Assembly: GCA_963677485.1 (NCBI GenBank)
Contig: OY781964.1
Span: forward strand, 4,192,001 to 4,256,000
DNA length: 64,000 nucleotides
Source of the DNA: Armatimonadota bacterium
GTDB taxonomy: Bacteria; Armatimonadota; HRBIN16
Direction: 5' to 3'
In this document: positions 1 to 9,551 of the stretch, one piece after another
Position numbering within the stretch: the first letter of the stretch is position 1
Layout: every line of letters begins with the position of its first letter
Program-made: the position numbers and the translations under genes
The notes under the pieces: model-generated
Seen by the model: only the letters and a program-made list of their open reading frames with translations
Database searches by the model: none
Told to the model about the DNA's origin: nothing

Positions 1-2
1 GT

Positions 3-719
3 GACTTGGGCGGGATCATCATCATCGACTTCGTGGATATGGACAGTGCCTCGCACCGTTCGCAACTGGCTCGTGTGATTGAGCGTGCCATGAAGAACGA
101 CCGAGCGCGGGCGAAGATCAGCTCTATCAGCCAACTGGGGCTGGTTCAGATGACGCGTAAGCGCACAGGCGAATCCGTTGTCGAACAGCTTGCCGAGAAG
201 TGTCCATACTGCGCCGGTAAAGGCCGCATTTTGGGGCATGAGACGGTCAGCCTGGACATTGAGCGCGAGCTTCAGCGGAAGTGCAAGAGCGAACATCCCG
301 AAGCCATGCTGGTCATTTCGCATCCCAAGGTTGCTGAAATGCTGATCGGGCCAGAAGGCGAAAACATTGAGGATCTGGAGCGGCTGCTTCATTGCGCCAT
401 CTATGTGCGCGCTGATCTGAACATGCATAGTGAAAAATACGACATCCAATGCGGAACAATGGCTGACTACGACCGTGCCTGGCTTGGCTATCGCCGCGGT
501 CAGATTGTAGAAGCTGATGTGTACGAATCCGCACTTCAGAGCGGTGATGATGTGAGCCTTGTGGGCTGGAGCGAAGGATACCTTCTGGAGATATCCGAAG
601 GACAGTGTGCCGCAGGCCAACGAGTTCGGACCCGCCTGAGCGAAGTGCGTCGCTCGTTCGCGATGGTGGAAGTGGTGCCATCTGCACGCCCCGCCGTAGC
701 CCATAGGCTGCACGTGTAG
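3..719 (+). CDS. rng: Rne/Rng family ribonuclease, C-terminal part (5'-truncated by window edge), with a TRAM-like C-terminal extension
   Basis: Motifs DLGGIIIIDFVDM, LGLVQMTRKR and the Zn-link CPYCAGKG are diagnostic of RNase E/G; the frame is open to the window start. Confidence 0.9.
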   Translation, partial: DLGGIIIIDFVDMDSASHRSQLARVIERAMKNDRARAKISSISQLGLVQMTRKRTGESVVEQLAEKCPYCAGKGRILGHETVSLDIERELQRKCKSEHPEAMLVISHPKVAEMLIGPEGENIEDLERLLHCAIYVRADLNMHSEKYDIQCGTMADYDRAWLGYRRGQIVEADVYESALQSGDDVSLVGWSEGYLLEISEGQCAAGQRVRTRLSEVRRSFAMVEVVPSARPAVAHRLHV

Positions 720-721
720 GG

Positions 722-2167
722 ATGGCTTACCGCCACTACCAAGACTTCTTAGCGGCTCTAGAAAAGGCTGGCGAACTGAAACGGGTTCGCCAGCCTGTTT
801 CGCCTCTGCTCGAGATCACCGAAGTGGCCGACCGCGTGATGAAGAGCGGTGGACCGGCTCTTCTTTTTGAGAACCCCACCGGATACCACATGCCAGTCGC
901 CATCAACGCCTTTGGATCACGCAAACGCATGAGCATGGCGCTGGGCGTGGCTGACTTCGATGAGATCGCTGAAGAGATCGCCATTCTGCTCAAACCTGAA
1001 ATTCCCGAAGGCATCGGCGGTGCACTGCAGTTGCTGCCGCTCGTAGCCCGTCTTAAGGACGTGCCACCTAAGAAAGTCTCCAAGGGGGCTTGCCAGGAGA
1101 TCGTGCTCCGCGGAGCGGATATCGACCTGGAGGCACTGCCTCACCTGTTATGCTGGCCAGAAGACGGCGGACGCTACATCACCCTGCCACTGGTATTCAC
1201 CCACGATCCCGTCACCGGTAAGCGCAATGTGGGTATGTATAGGGTGCAAATCTTAGACAAATCAAGTTGTGCCATGCACTGGCAGATGCACAAAACCGGT
1301 GCAGAACACGCCCGAGAAGCCAGGGCCGCCCATCAAAAAGTGCAAGTGGCAATCGCCCTCGGGGGTGATCCTGCACTGACTTATGCTGCCACCGCTCCGC
1401 TCCCACCCGGGATCGACGAAACGCTGTTTGCCGGCTTTATCCGCCACAAACCGGTGGAGCTCTGCCCCGCGGTGAGTGTGGATTTACGGGTGCCCGCCGA
1501 TGCGGAGATCGTGATCGAGGGTGCGTTGGACCCAGACGATCTTGTCACCGAAGGCCCGTTCGGAGATCATACCGGCTACTACAGCCTGGCGGACCTCTAC
1601 CCGCGGGTGACGGTGACCGCCATCACCATGCGCAAGAACGCAGTCTACCCTTGCACCATCGTGGGGCCGCCGCCGATGGAGGACACCTGGCTGGGTAAAG
1701 CCACCGAGCGCATTTTTCTACCAATGCTGAAGGTCGTGCTTCCTGAGGTGGTGGATATGAACCTACCTACCGAAGCCTGTTTCCACAACCTGGTAGTGGT
1801 GTCTATCAAGAAGAAATATCCTGGCCACGCACGTAAAGTGATGCACGCACTCTGGGGCACCGGCCAGATGATGTTTGCGAAGATGATCATTGTGACCGAC
1901 GACGATGTCGATGTGCAGAATCTGCCGGAGGTGCTCTGGCGGTTCAGTAACAACATTGACCCTGAACGCGACATGGAGATGGTCAAAGGCCCAATAGACG
2001 TACTGGACCACGCCTCGCGTCTGCCCGGGTTCGGCAGCAAGATCGGCTTTGATGCCACACGAAAGTGGCTAACTGAGGGCTTTACCAGGCCATGGCCGGA
2101 AGTCAACCGCATGAGCGAAGAGGTCAAGCAGACCATCGACCGCATCTGGGGAGAGCTTGGGCTGTAA
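722..2167 (+). CDS. ubiD: UbiD-family decarboxylase (menaquinone biosynthesis decarboxylase, MqnL-like)
   Basis: EGPFGDHTGYY, RNVGMYRVQ and KKYPGHARKVMHALWG motifs; 481 aa. Confidence 0.9.
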   Translation: MAYRHYQDFLAALEKAGELKRVRQPVSPLLEITEVADRVMKSGGPALLFENPTGYHMPVAINAFGSRKRMSMALGVADFDEIAEEIAILLKPEIPEGIGGALQLLPLVARLKDVPPKKVSKGACQEIVLRGADIDLEALPHLLCWPEDGGRYITLPLVFTHDPVTGKRNVGMYRVQILDKSSCAMHWQMHKTGAEHAREARAAHQKVQVAIALGGDPALTYAATAPLPPGIDETLFAGFIRHKPVELCPAVSVDLRVPADAEIVIEGALDPDDLVTEGPFGDHTGYYSLADLYPRVTVTAITMRKNAVYPCTIVGPPPMEDTWLGKATERIFLPMLKVVLPEVVDMNLPTEACFHNLVVVSIKKKYPGHARKVMHALWGTGQMMFAKMIIVTDDDVDVQNLPEVLWRFSNNIDPERDMEMVKGPIDVLDHASRLPGFGSKIGFDATRKWLTEGFTRPWPEVNRMSEEVKQTIDRIWGELGL

Positions 2168-2335
2168 GTTCCCATCGGGCCATATGGATTATCTTTGTGG
2201 GTCACCAGTCACGCCTACACGTTGTACGGCTCCATGTTTCATAACTACCATTTGTGGCGAAGCTTGATTGGTATAATGGCGAATAGCATGGCTCACTTAG
2301 GTGAGCTGCGGTTCAAGATATAACCAAGGGAGCCG

Positions 2336-5335
2336 ATGAAAATGAATCATTTCAGTGACATCATATGCCTGTCAGATATCATCCATCTCTGTCTGTTCGC
2401 GACTGCGCTTTTGCTGTTGTGGGCAGCCTGTTCACGGCCTGCTAAAGCGAAGCTGGTAGAGGACCCCTCTGACGGCTACTCGATGCCTGCGGTGTTCAAA
2501 CCACGCGACTTCACATCGCTCTCTCGGATATTTCTACAGCCCGCTCACTCATACTGGCGCGCTGAAAACTTCAAGCTCGCCGAGTTCACGCGTGTGTCCT
2601 ATAAGGGTGATGAGTGGGTACGGTGGCATTTCATCAAGAAGGCGGTTGCGACATACATCCCGTCCATCGCCTACAGATACCCTTCACGCATCGCCACCAC
2701 TGGCTATTCGCTGCGTGTTCTGAACCGCGGGCCTCAAGCTGTTATCGTGTCGGGCTGGGGTGATAATGAGCCGAAAAACTTCATCACACTCGAACCAGGT
2801 ATGGAGAAGCTTGTTCATATCACCGGAATGACTTCGCTGGTGGCCCAGGCCACAAAGCCAGACGTGGAGTATGATCTGTATCTACGCGACCTGAGCATCT
2901 TCTATCCTGAAGCTGAGGGCATCACCACAGAGAAGTTTGAGATATCAAGGCAACTGGTGGCTGGCCGGAAGATGATCATTAAGCTGGCAGCCCAGGGTGT
3001 GTTTGACAAAAAGGTAATCGATGTTGAGGTTCGCAAAGAGCACTGGGTGGTGTGGCGTATCCGCCTCACTCCCGAGGAGCTGAGGCAACTCTCTACGCGT
3101 CAACAATGCACCATCGAACGCGAAGTACCCTGGTATCTCTCCTCTGGTAAAGTGAATGCCAGTTTGGTGGCTGATGGCCTCAGAGCTAAAGGTGTGGAGG
3201 CACAGGCTGAGGTGGTCAATCGACGGCGTGCCCAGTTACCTGTGATGGAGAGACGGCAGCTCAATGGTCGGCCAACGTTCATGCTCGATGGCAAGCCCTT
3301 CACTTGGAACGGGTATGCCACATACAATTTCTACCCGGGTGCCATCAACGAGTTTGCTGCCAATGAGGCGAATCTATTCCACATCACCTGCGCACCGGGG
3401 CGGCACTACCATAATGTGGCTGCTCCCACCTGGCTGGGCGGTAATGAGTATGACTTCGGAGAAATTGAGCAGATGGCGACCACCATACTGCAGGCGAACC
3501 CCAAAGCCAGGATCATGATGCGCCTGGCCCTGGGCCTTCCGCCGTTCTGGTATAACGAGCACAAAGATAGCCTGGTACGCACTCAATCGACTGACGGAAA
3601 AGAGGTAGTCTGGTTTGAGACCGACAGTCAGGTGGGTTCCTTAACCTCAGAAGACTGGCGGAAACAGCAGGCCATCGCACTGCGTAAACTGGTGCAGTAT
3701 CTTGCGTCGCGCCCGTGGGCTAGCCAGGTCATTGGCTTCAATATCGGTGGTGCGATGACAGAGGAGTGGTTTGCCTGGGCAACCTGTGATGAGATCATCA
3801 AACCGGTGAAATACTTCGGTGACTACAGTCACGACAACCAGCAAGCTTTCCGCAAGTGGTGTGCTGCAAAGGGCTATCCATACACACGGGTTCCTGATGC
3901 GAAGCTGCGAAATAAGTTGGGATATGATCTTTTCCCTGACGACACTAACGGCCGCTGGGTGATGGCTTATAACGCATTCATGAACGAGGTGTCAGCCGAC
4001 ACGGTGAAGTATTTCGCTGCGGTGATCAAAGAGGAGACCAAACGGCGCAGCCTGGTCGGCGTGTTCTACGGATATGTGGTTTTGCTGGCTGGTGAGGCCA
4101 GGCAGAGCGACTCCGGGCAGTTTGGGGTGCGGGAACTGCTGGAGTCTGAGGATGTCGACTACCTCGGTGGCGTGCCGCAGCACTACCTGCGGCGCTTGGT
4201 TGGTGATGGATACGCCCAGAACGCCACGGCCGTGGCCAGTGTGGTCGCACACAACAAACAATATATGGACGACAACGACTTGTTTTCCTGGCTGCATGAA
4301 GGCATATGGCACACTCCATACGATGAGAAAGACCCTCGTGGAGCGTTGATCAAGATGCATCGCCGCTGGCTGGCGACCGAAGTGATTTATGGAAATGCCT
4401 ACGAATGGTTCAGTCTGGACCCCAAGTGGCATCATGACGAAGGCGTGATGGATGAGTTTGCACTAGAAGCACGCATCCATACCGAATCCCTCAAGGAGGA
4501 CCGCACACCGATCGAAGAGGTGGCGTTCGTCATTGATGACCATACTTTCCTGTCATTGACCCCATCTGCGAGCACCCACTTCAGCAACCAGGTGTTGCTT
4601 GGTGCCGTGGGTCGGACTGGCGCGTCGATGGGCGTGTGGCTGTTATCGGACGTAGACCGCCTTCCTGAACGCATCAAATTCGTGGTGGTCGTGAACGCGA
4701 CGGCTCCACGGGCTGATGATCTGGAGAAGCTGCGTACATTGATCGCACGGGGCGGCCGCACGATCATGGTCGTTGGGTTGCCTGGGTTGATCGATGCTCA
4801 GAGCCTACGCTGGAAACCGGCTAATGTGGAGCGGTTGCTTGGCTTGCCCATCCGCCTTGACGATGAGGCCCAACCGGCTCGTGCTGGGATCATCGAGACG
4901 AACGAGTGGCTTTGCCCGATCATGGCACCGATGAATGACGCGGAACCGAAGTTGATCAGGCCACGGCCGTATCTAGCGGGAGAGGGCTTTATGCACTATG
5001 AAGATGGTAAAACCGCCGGTGTAGAGCGCGATCTGCCAACGGGCGGTAAACTCATCTGGTGCGGTGTGCCTCCGTATGCCGGCGATGAGTGGCTCCGAAA
5101 ACAGGTGATCGCAGCTGGCGTGCACTGTTATGCCCCGGCAACTTGCTCAATTCATGCCACGAAAGAGCTGGTGTCTGTGACCTCCGTATATGTTGATGAT
5201 CGCGACATCGAGCTGAAGTGGCCGGAGAATGTCATGGTCACCGATCTGTTTGATGGTTGGCACGGTGAGGGGACCACAATGAGCTGTCCGTTCACGCATG
5301 GGCAGACCCGTCTATTCAGAGTTCAGAAGAAGTAG
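2336..5335 (+). CDS. Secreted GH42/beta-galactosidase-like TIM-barrel protein
   Basis: N-terminal hydrophobic signal; GRPTFMLDGKP, VIGFNIGGAMTEEWF, DYS...FRKW and VGVFYGY patterns; C-terminal trimerization/GATase-like region. Substrate unknown. Confidence 0.6.
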   Translation: MKMNHFSDIICLSDIIHLCLFATALLLLWAACSRPAKAKLVEDPSDGYSMPAVFKPRDFTSLSRIFLQPAHSYWRAENFKLAEFTRVSYKGDEWVRWHFIKKAVATYIPSIAYRYPSRIATTGYSLRVLNRGPQAVIVSGWGDNEPKNFITLEPGMEKLVHITGMTSLVAQATKPDVEYDLYLRDLSIFYPEAEGITTEKFEISRQLVAGRKMIIKLAAQGVFDKKVIDVEVRKEHWVVWRIRLTPEELRQLSTRQQCTIEREVPWYLSSGKVNASLVADGLRAKGVEAQAEVVNRRRAQLPVMERRQLNGRPTFMLDGKPFTWNGYATYNFYPGAINEFAANEANLFHITCAPGRHYHNVAAPTWLGGNEYDFGEIEQMATTILQANPKARIMMRLALGLPPFWYNEHKDSLVRTQSTDGKEVVWFETDSQVGSLTSEDWRKQQAIALRKLVQYLASRPWASQVIGFNIGGAMTEEWFAWATCDEIIKPVKYFGDYSHDNQQAFRKWCAAKGYPYTRVPDAKLRNKLGYDLFPDDTNGRWVMAYNAFMNEVSADTVKYFAAVIKEETKRRSLVGVFYGYVVLLAGEARQSDSGQFGVRELLESEDVDYLGGVPQHYLRRLVGDGYAQNATAVASVVAHNKQYMDDNDLFSWLHEGIWHTPYDEKDPRGALIKMHRRWLATEVIYGNAYEWFSLDPKWHHDEGVMDEFALEARIHTESLKEDRTPIEEVAFVIDDHTFLSLTPSASTHFSNQVLLGAVGRTGASMGVWLLSDVDRLPERIKFVVVVNATAPRADDLEKLRTLIARGGRTIMVVGLPGLIDAQSLRWKPANVERLLGLPIRLDDEAQPARAGIIETNEWLCPIMAPMNDAEPKLIRPRPYLAGEGFMHYEDGKTAGVERDLPTGGKLIWCGVPPYAGDEWLRKQVIAAGVHCYAPATCSIHATKELVSVTSVYVDDRDIELKWPENVMVTDLFDGWHGEGTTMSCPFTHGQTRLFRVQKK

Positions 5336-5350
5336 ATTTGAGCATAAACA

Positions 5351-5383
5351 AGAGGCGGTGATGGCACAAACTGCACCGCCTCT
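5351..5383. terminator. Hairpin after the GH42-like gene
   Basis: AGAGGCGGTG ... CACCGCCTCT 10-bp inverted repeat 16 nt after the stop codon; no clear U-tract. Confidence 0.5.
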
Positions 5384-5477
5384 GTGAACTATGATGTTCT
5401 AGTGACGTCTACATATGTGGAAACAACTGTACTGGCTCGATCGCCAGTATCAAACCGCATTGACGGAGGAATATCTC

Positions 5478-6167
5478 ATGAACCGATCCTTGTTAACAGC
5501 AGCTCTGGCGGCTTTAGTTCTTGCCGCACCTGTCTTTTCGCAGACCAACACCCAACCAGCAGCGGCGCAAAGGCGTCCAGCCATGGCTGCCCGACAGCCA
5601 CAGATGCAGCTTCGTCTGCTGTCGCAGGCCTTAAGCCTCACGCCCGATCAGATCGAAAAGGTAAAGGCGCTGATGAAGGCGGAGGCACCAAAAACTCTGC
5701 GGATTCGAAATGTTTCTCAGAAAAAAATCGCGGCAATATTAACGCCAGATCAGATTAAGAAGTACGATGAGATAGTCAAACAGCGTAATGCCGCGATGCG
5801 CCCTGCTACAAATCAGGCAAACCAGAATGTGAAACCCGGAGCACCGGCTGCTGGTAATGCGCAGATGCGAAAACCAGGTCAGCGTGTTGACCAACTCCGC
5901 AGATTGGTGCAGGAGCTTGGTTTGACCACCGCTCAAACGGACCTCATCAAGCCGATTCTCAAGACGCAGGCTGCTCAACTGAAGGTTGTCCGCGACGATA
6001 CACAGAAGAAAGTCATGGCGATCTTGACCCCAGAGCAAGTAGAAAAATACAAAAGCATTCGTGATGTGCAAGCAACAACTGTTAAGACTGGTCAGGTGAA
6101 TGGTGGACAGCCCAAGGCTAAGGACGTCAAGCCTGCCAAACGGAATAAGGTCAACAGCGGATTCTAA
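5478..6167 (+). CDS. Secreted Spy/CpxP-like helical protein
   Basis: GGAGG RBS before ATG 5478; signal peptide; repeated LTPDQ/LTPEQ (LTxxQ) motifs in two duplicated halves. Confidence 0.65.
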   Translation: MNRSLLTAALAALVLAAPVFSQTNTQPAAAQRRPAMAARQPQMQLRLLSQALSLTPDQIEKVKALMKAEAPKTLRIRNVSQKKIAAILTPDQIKKYDEIVKQRNAAMRPATNQANQNVKPGAPAAGNAQMRKPGQRVDQLRRLVQELGLTTAQTDLIKPILKTQAAQLKVVRDDTQKKVMAILTPEQVEKYKSIRDVQATTVKTGQVNGGQPKAKDVKPAKRNKVNSGF

Positions 6168-6183
6168 TCGCTGACGCAACCTG

Positions 6184-6212
6184 ATGGCGGTCTGAAAAGA
6201 CCGCCATTTTTT
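6184..6212 (+). terminator. Rho-independent terminator
   Basis: ATGGCGGTCT-GAAA-AGACCGCCAT followed by a T-run. Confidence 0.85.
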
Positions 6213-6284
6213 GTTTGAATCCCTTTCGGATGTGGCTGCATCTAAAGAATGTAAGTAAACACCGCATCTGCAAGGAGGCCACAA

Positions 6285-6653
6285 ATGGCACTTTTCGGTT
6301 TTGGCAAAAAGAATGATACCGCCACAGTTCCCGGTAAGGTAGGGCATGTGAATGCCGAGAACTTCGATCAGGAAGTTCTCAAGAGCGACATCCCGGTGAT
6401 TGTTGACTTCTGGGCACCCTGGTGTGGCCCATGCCGTATGCTGGCCCCTGTTCTTGAGCAGGTCGCTGAAGCCGTTGATGGCAAGGTGAAGGTTGTGAAG
6501 CTGAACACCGATGAGGAGCAGGCCATTGCGGGAAAATACGGCATCCAAGGTATCCCAACGATGATCCTGTTCAAAAACGGCGAGGCTGTATCAAGGCAGG
6601 TCGGTCTGGCACCTAAGGGCACCATCGAAAGCTGGGCTTTGAAGAACGCATAA
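6285..6653 (+). CDS. trxA: Thioredoxin
   Basis: DFWAPWCGPC active site; GIPT motif; AGGAGG RBS. Confidence 0.95.
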   Translation: MALFGFGKKNDTATVPGKVGHVNAENFDQEVLKSDIPVIVDFWAPWCGPCRMLAPVLEQVAEAVDGKVKVVKLNTDEEQAIAGKYGIQGIPTMILFKNGEAVSRQVGLAPKGTIESWALKNA

Positions 6654-6673
6654 GCGACTGCGCCGAATAGATT

Positions 6674-6733
6674 GTTAATCGGACGGGTCAGGCGGGTCGG
6701 ACGGATATGATCCGTCCGACCCATCCGATTAAC
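6674..6733. repeat. Palindromic REP-like element (CGGACGGAT family) between convergent genes
   Basis: GTTAATCGGA...GGGTCGGACGGAT-ATG-ATCCGTCCGACCC...TCCGATTAAC; related copy at 27326. Confidence 0.65.
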
Positions 6734-6736
6734 TGA

Positions 6737-7957
6737 CTACCAGCTTGAGTTGCGGTACTCTTCCCACACGCGGTCATATACAGCGCGTGTGATTCCGCTG
6801 ATGCGGGGCCAGTTATATAGCTCTTTAACGCGCTGTAGTGCCGTCTGAGCCCTTGATCTGTTGTAATCCGGCTCAGCTATCGCCTTGAGTATCATACGGG
6901 CCAGACTGGTGCTGTCACCGCTGAAGAAGGTGAGGCCATCCACGTTGTGGCGTATGATCTCCTTCAGTCCGCCTGTGTCACTCACGATGACTGGGGCCTG
7001 CGCCGCCATAGCCTCCAAAGCCACGATTCCAAAAGGTTCATACCGGCTGGGGAAACAGGCCACGTCGCAGCAAGCCAGCATCATGCGCTTATCGTCATCG
7101 CTGAGGTATCCCGTGAAGGTCACTGCTTCGGATACTCCCAGCCATCTTGCGAAGTCCTGAAGATTGTCCCGTTTACCCCCGCCGCCAATCACCAACCGCA
7201 CGTCTTTATACATTGTGCGCACCTGTGCCAGGGCGTCAATCAGCAGATCACCGCCTTTTTCGCGGACCATGCGACCTATGAAGAACACAATTCGCTCGTA
7301 GTCTGCGGCAAAGCGTGACCGGAATTGGGCACGCTGTTCGGCGTCTGCATTCACTGTGAAATTCGCAACATTGACACCATTTGGAATGACATCCATCTTG
7401 TCCCATGGGCATTCCAGTGCCGAAGCTATCTCATTTCGCATGAAGTCGCTGCAGCAGATCACACGCCATGATTCAAATGCGAGCTGCCACTCCACACTGG
7501 AGATATACTTTTGAATATCAGTTGATATTTTGCCGTTTCGGCCAAACTCAGTGGCATGGATGGTTGATACCATCGGCAGATGGTACTGGTGCTTCAAATG
7601 GGCAGCCGCAAAGTGCGATAACCAGTCGTGCGCATGGATGATGATGCCATCAGCGTCGCGCCATGCTCCAGATGCAGGACGCCTACCTTCAATCAATTGC
7701 TGCGCCTTCTCCAGCATGAATACATTTAGCTGCTGCACCCAATGGATAAAGTCGTTGCTGTGCTCGGGGTTATGCACACGGTGGACATGCAGCCCAGGAC
7801 GCATCTGCTCGTATGCTGGTGCTTCGCCGAACTCGGCGGTGATCACATGAACCTCAGTGCCAGCGGCGGCTAGAGCTATTGATATGTCGTGAACATGGGG
7901 GGCAATTCCACCAACAATACGTGGTGGGAACTCCCAAGATAACATGATTATTTTCAT
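6737..7957 (-). CDS. Glycosyltransferase family 4
   Basis: WEFPPRIVGG, HAHDWL and PSRYEPFGIVALEAMAA motifs. Confidence 0.9.
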   Translation of the reverse strand: MKIIMLSWEFPPRIVGGIAPHVHDISIALAAAGTEVHVITAEFGEAPAYEQMRPGLHVHRVHNPEHSNDFIHWVQQLNVFMLEKAQQLIEGRRPASGAWRDADGIIIHAHDWLSHFAAAHLKHQYHLPMVSTIHATEFGRNGKISTDIQKYISSVEWQLAFESWRVICCSDFMRNEIASALECPWDKMDVIPNGVNVANFTVNADAEQRAQFRSRFAADYERIVFFIGRMVREKGGDLLIDALAQVRTMYKDVRLVIGGGGKRDNLQDFARWLGVSEAVTFTGYLSDDDKRMMLACCDVACFPSRYEPFGIVALEAMAAQAPVIVSDTGGLKEIIRHNVDGLTFFSGDSTSLARMILKAIAEPDYNRSRAQTALQRVKELYNWPRISGITRAVYDRVWEEYRNSSW

Positions 7958-7983
7958 AGCCTAACCTCTTGCCTTCGTGTATA

Positions 7984-8613
7984 TCATACAGATGAGAGCC
8001 ATCGTTCACTGCCGATGGTTGAGCTCTGTCCGTGTCCGGGATAGAATATCGTAGATGGTGCGATTTTGCTCAGTAGCCTGAGACTTTTCACAATCATGCT
8101 GTCATCACCACCCGCGTAGTCCGTACGTCCCCACGTTCCAGCGAACAGGGTATCACCTGTGAACAGCCGATTTTCTGATGCACCATATACACATATACCA
8201 CCTGGCGTATGCCCGGGAGTCTGTATTATCTGTAAATCTGTGGATCCGACAGATATTATCTGTGCATCCTGCAATATGTGATCAGGCTTGAAGCTCTCCA
8301 CTTCGACACCCAGATAGCTAAACGGAATACCCTGGCTCTCAGGATCGGATGCAAACGGCCAGTCGGACTCATGCAGCCATATGTCTGCCCCGAACCGTCG
8401 TTTCAGTATCGGCACATCCATGGTATGATCGAAATGTCCATGGGTGAGTATGACGTGGCTCAGTTGGGCCTGATGTTTTTCCAGCTCGTGAGCAACATCA
8501 TCGCTGATACCGGCTGGAGCGTCGATCAGAATGGCCTCTTTCGTGGGCTCGTCAATGAGAAGATAGCAGTTGGTTTGAAGAAGGAAACTGGTGATAGTGC
8601 GAAGGGTTAACAT
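7984..8613 (-). CDS. MBL-fold metallo-hydrolase (glyoxalase II/YcbL-like)
   Basis: THGHFDH, TPGHTPG, FTGDTLF and PGHG motifs; start moved to ATG 8613 because the longer ORF overlaps rpmH. Confidence 0.85.
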   Translation of the reverse strand: MLTLRTITSFLLQTNCYLLIDEPTKEAILIDAPAGISDDVAHELEKHQAQLSHVILTHGHFDHTMDVPILKRRFGADIWLHESDWPFASDPESQGIPFSYLGVEVESFKPDHILQDAQIISVGSTDLQIIQTPGHTPGGICVYGASENRLFTGDTLFAGTWGRTDYAGGDDSMIVKSLRLLSKIAPSTIFYPGHGQSSTIGSERWLSSV

Positions 8614-8630
8614 CCAAATCTCCGTAAAAG

Positions 8631-8660
8631 TTGCAAGGACAGGCCTTGCCGGTTTATAAT
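8631..8660 (+). promoter_or_regulatory. Putative sigma70 promoter of the rpmH operon
   Basis: TTGCAA-N18-TATAAT. Confidence 0.5.
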
Positions 8661-8747
8661 ACTCCATGTGTACAGTCATCAGTAGTATACTGAATGATTG
8701 ACAGTCGATGTTAATAAATACATCCTCGTATGGAGGACACCTTACGC

Positions 8748-8918
8748 ATGAAACGTCCCTATCAGCCAAATAAGCGACACCGACGAAGATCTCATGGCTT
8801 TCGCGAGCGCATGCAGACTCTAGATGGTCGCAACTTACTGAAACGGCGCCGCCAAAAAGGCCGCGCCTCGTTGACCGTATCTGATACCTGCCGGCATTAC
8901 GGTCACGAAGCCTACTAG
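8748..8918 (+). CDS. rpmH: 50S ribosomal protein L34 (short C-terminal extension)
   Basis: MKRPYQP...HGFRERM...RRRQKGR; GGAGG RBS; adjacent to rnpA. Confidence 0.95.
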   Translation: MKRPYQPNKRHRRRSHGFRERMQTLDGRNLLKRRRQKGRASLTVSDTCRHYGHEAY

Positions 8919-8933
8919 AATCCGAGGGCACTG

Positions 8934-9269
8934 ATGCTGCCAAGCGAAGAAAGACTTAGAAGTCGTCAGGACTTCCGCTGTTGTTATTCGTCTGGTAAGT
9001 CATTCCCTTCCCGACGGTTGGTGCTGTATGTCCTTCCTAAGGCACAGCACCGGCGGTTTGGATTCAGTGTCAGCAAAAAAGTGGGATCAGCTGTAGAGCG
9101 AAACTTCATCAAGCGGCGTCTGCGGGCGATATGCCGCAGCTTCCGAGAGAACATAGCTCAAGAGTATGACATGGTATTTATCGCTCGAAAACAGGCATTA
9201 ACGGCCAGTTATGAGCAGCTTTCCGCCGACTGTGACACGTTGTTACATCGGGCTGGAGTGATGTTGTAA
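8934..9269 (+). CDS. rnpA: Ribonuclease P protein component
   Basis: RFGFSVSKKVGSAVERNFIKRRLR (RNR motif region). Confidence 0.95.
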   Translation: MLPSEERLRSRQDFRCCYSSGKSFPSRRLVLYVLPKAQHRRFGFSVSKKVGSAVERNFIKRRLRAICRSFRENIAQEYDMVFIARKQALTASYEQLSADCDTLLHRAGVML

Positions 9270-9539
9270 ATGAACCGCCTCGGACGTGCGAGCCAAATCC
9301 CAGCGATGAGTATCATCTGGCTTATCCGCCGGGTGTATCAGCCCCTATCACGGCGTACACCGCCGAGTTGTCGTTTTTACCCAACTTGTTCTGAATATGC
9401 CGCACAAGCATTGAGCAGGTATGGGTTATGGCGAGGTACGTTCTTGACCATATATAGAATTGTGCGATGCAACCCGTGGAACCAGGGAGGCATAGACCCC
9501 GTCCCTGAGAAACCAGATTTTGCCCGAAGTAGAAGGTAG
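9270..9539 (+). CDS. yidD: Membrane protein insertion efficiency factor
   Basis: CRFYPTCSEYA and RCNPW..GG.DPVP motifs. Confidence 0.95.
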   Translation: MNRLGRASQIPAMSIIWLIRRVYQPLSRRTPPSCRFYPTCSEYAAQALSRYGLWRGTFLTIYRIVRCNPWNQGGIDPVPEKPDFARSRR

Positions 9540-9551
9540 AGGTCGCCGTCT

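Noticed and set aside
5739-6548. Long antisense ORFs (for example 5739..6548, 23498..24178, 33707..34444, 17917..18462)
   Set aside because: They are shadows of well-supported genes on the opposite strand, with no recognisable motifs.
8614-8747. oriC next to rpmH
   Set aside because: No dnaA gene and no TTATCCACA-like box cluster; the intergenic region is short.
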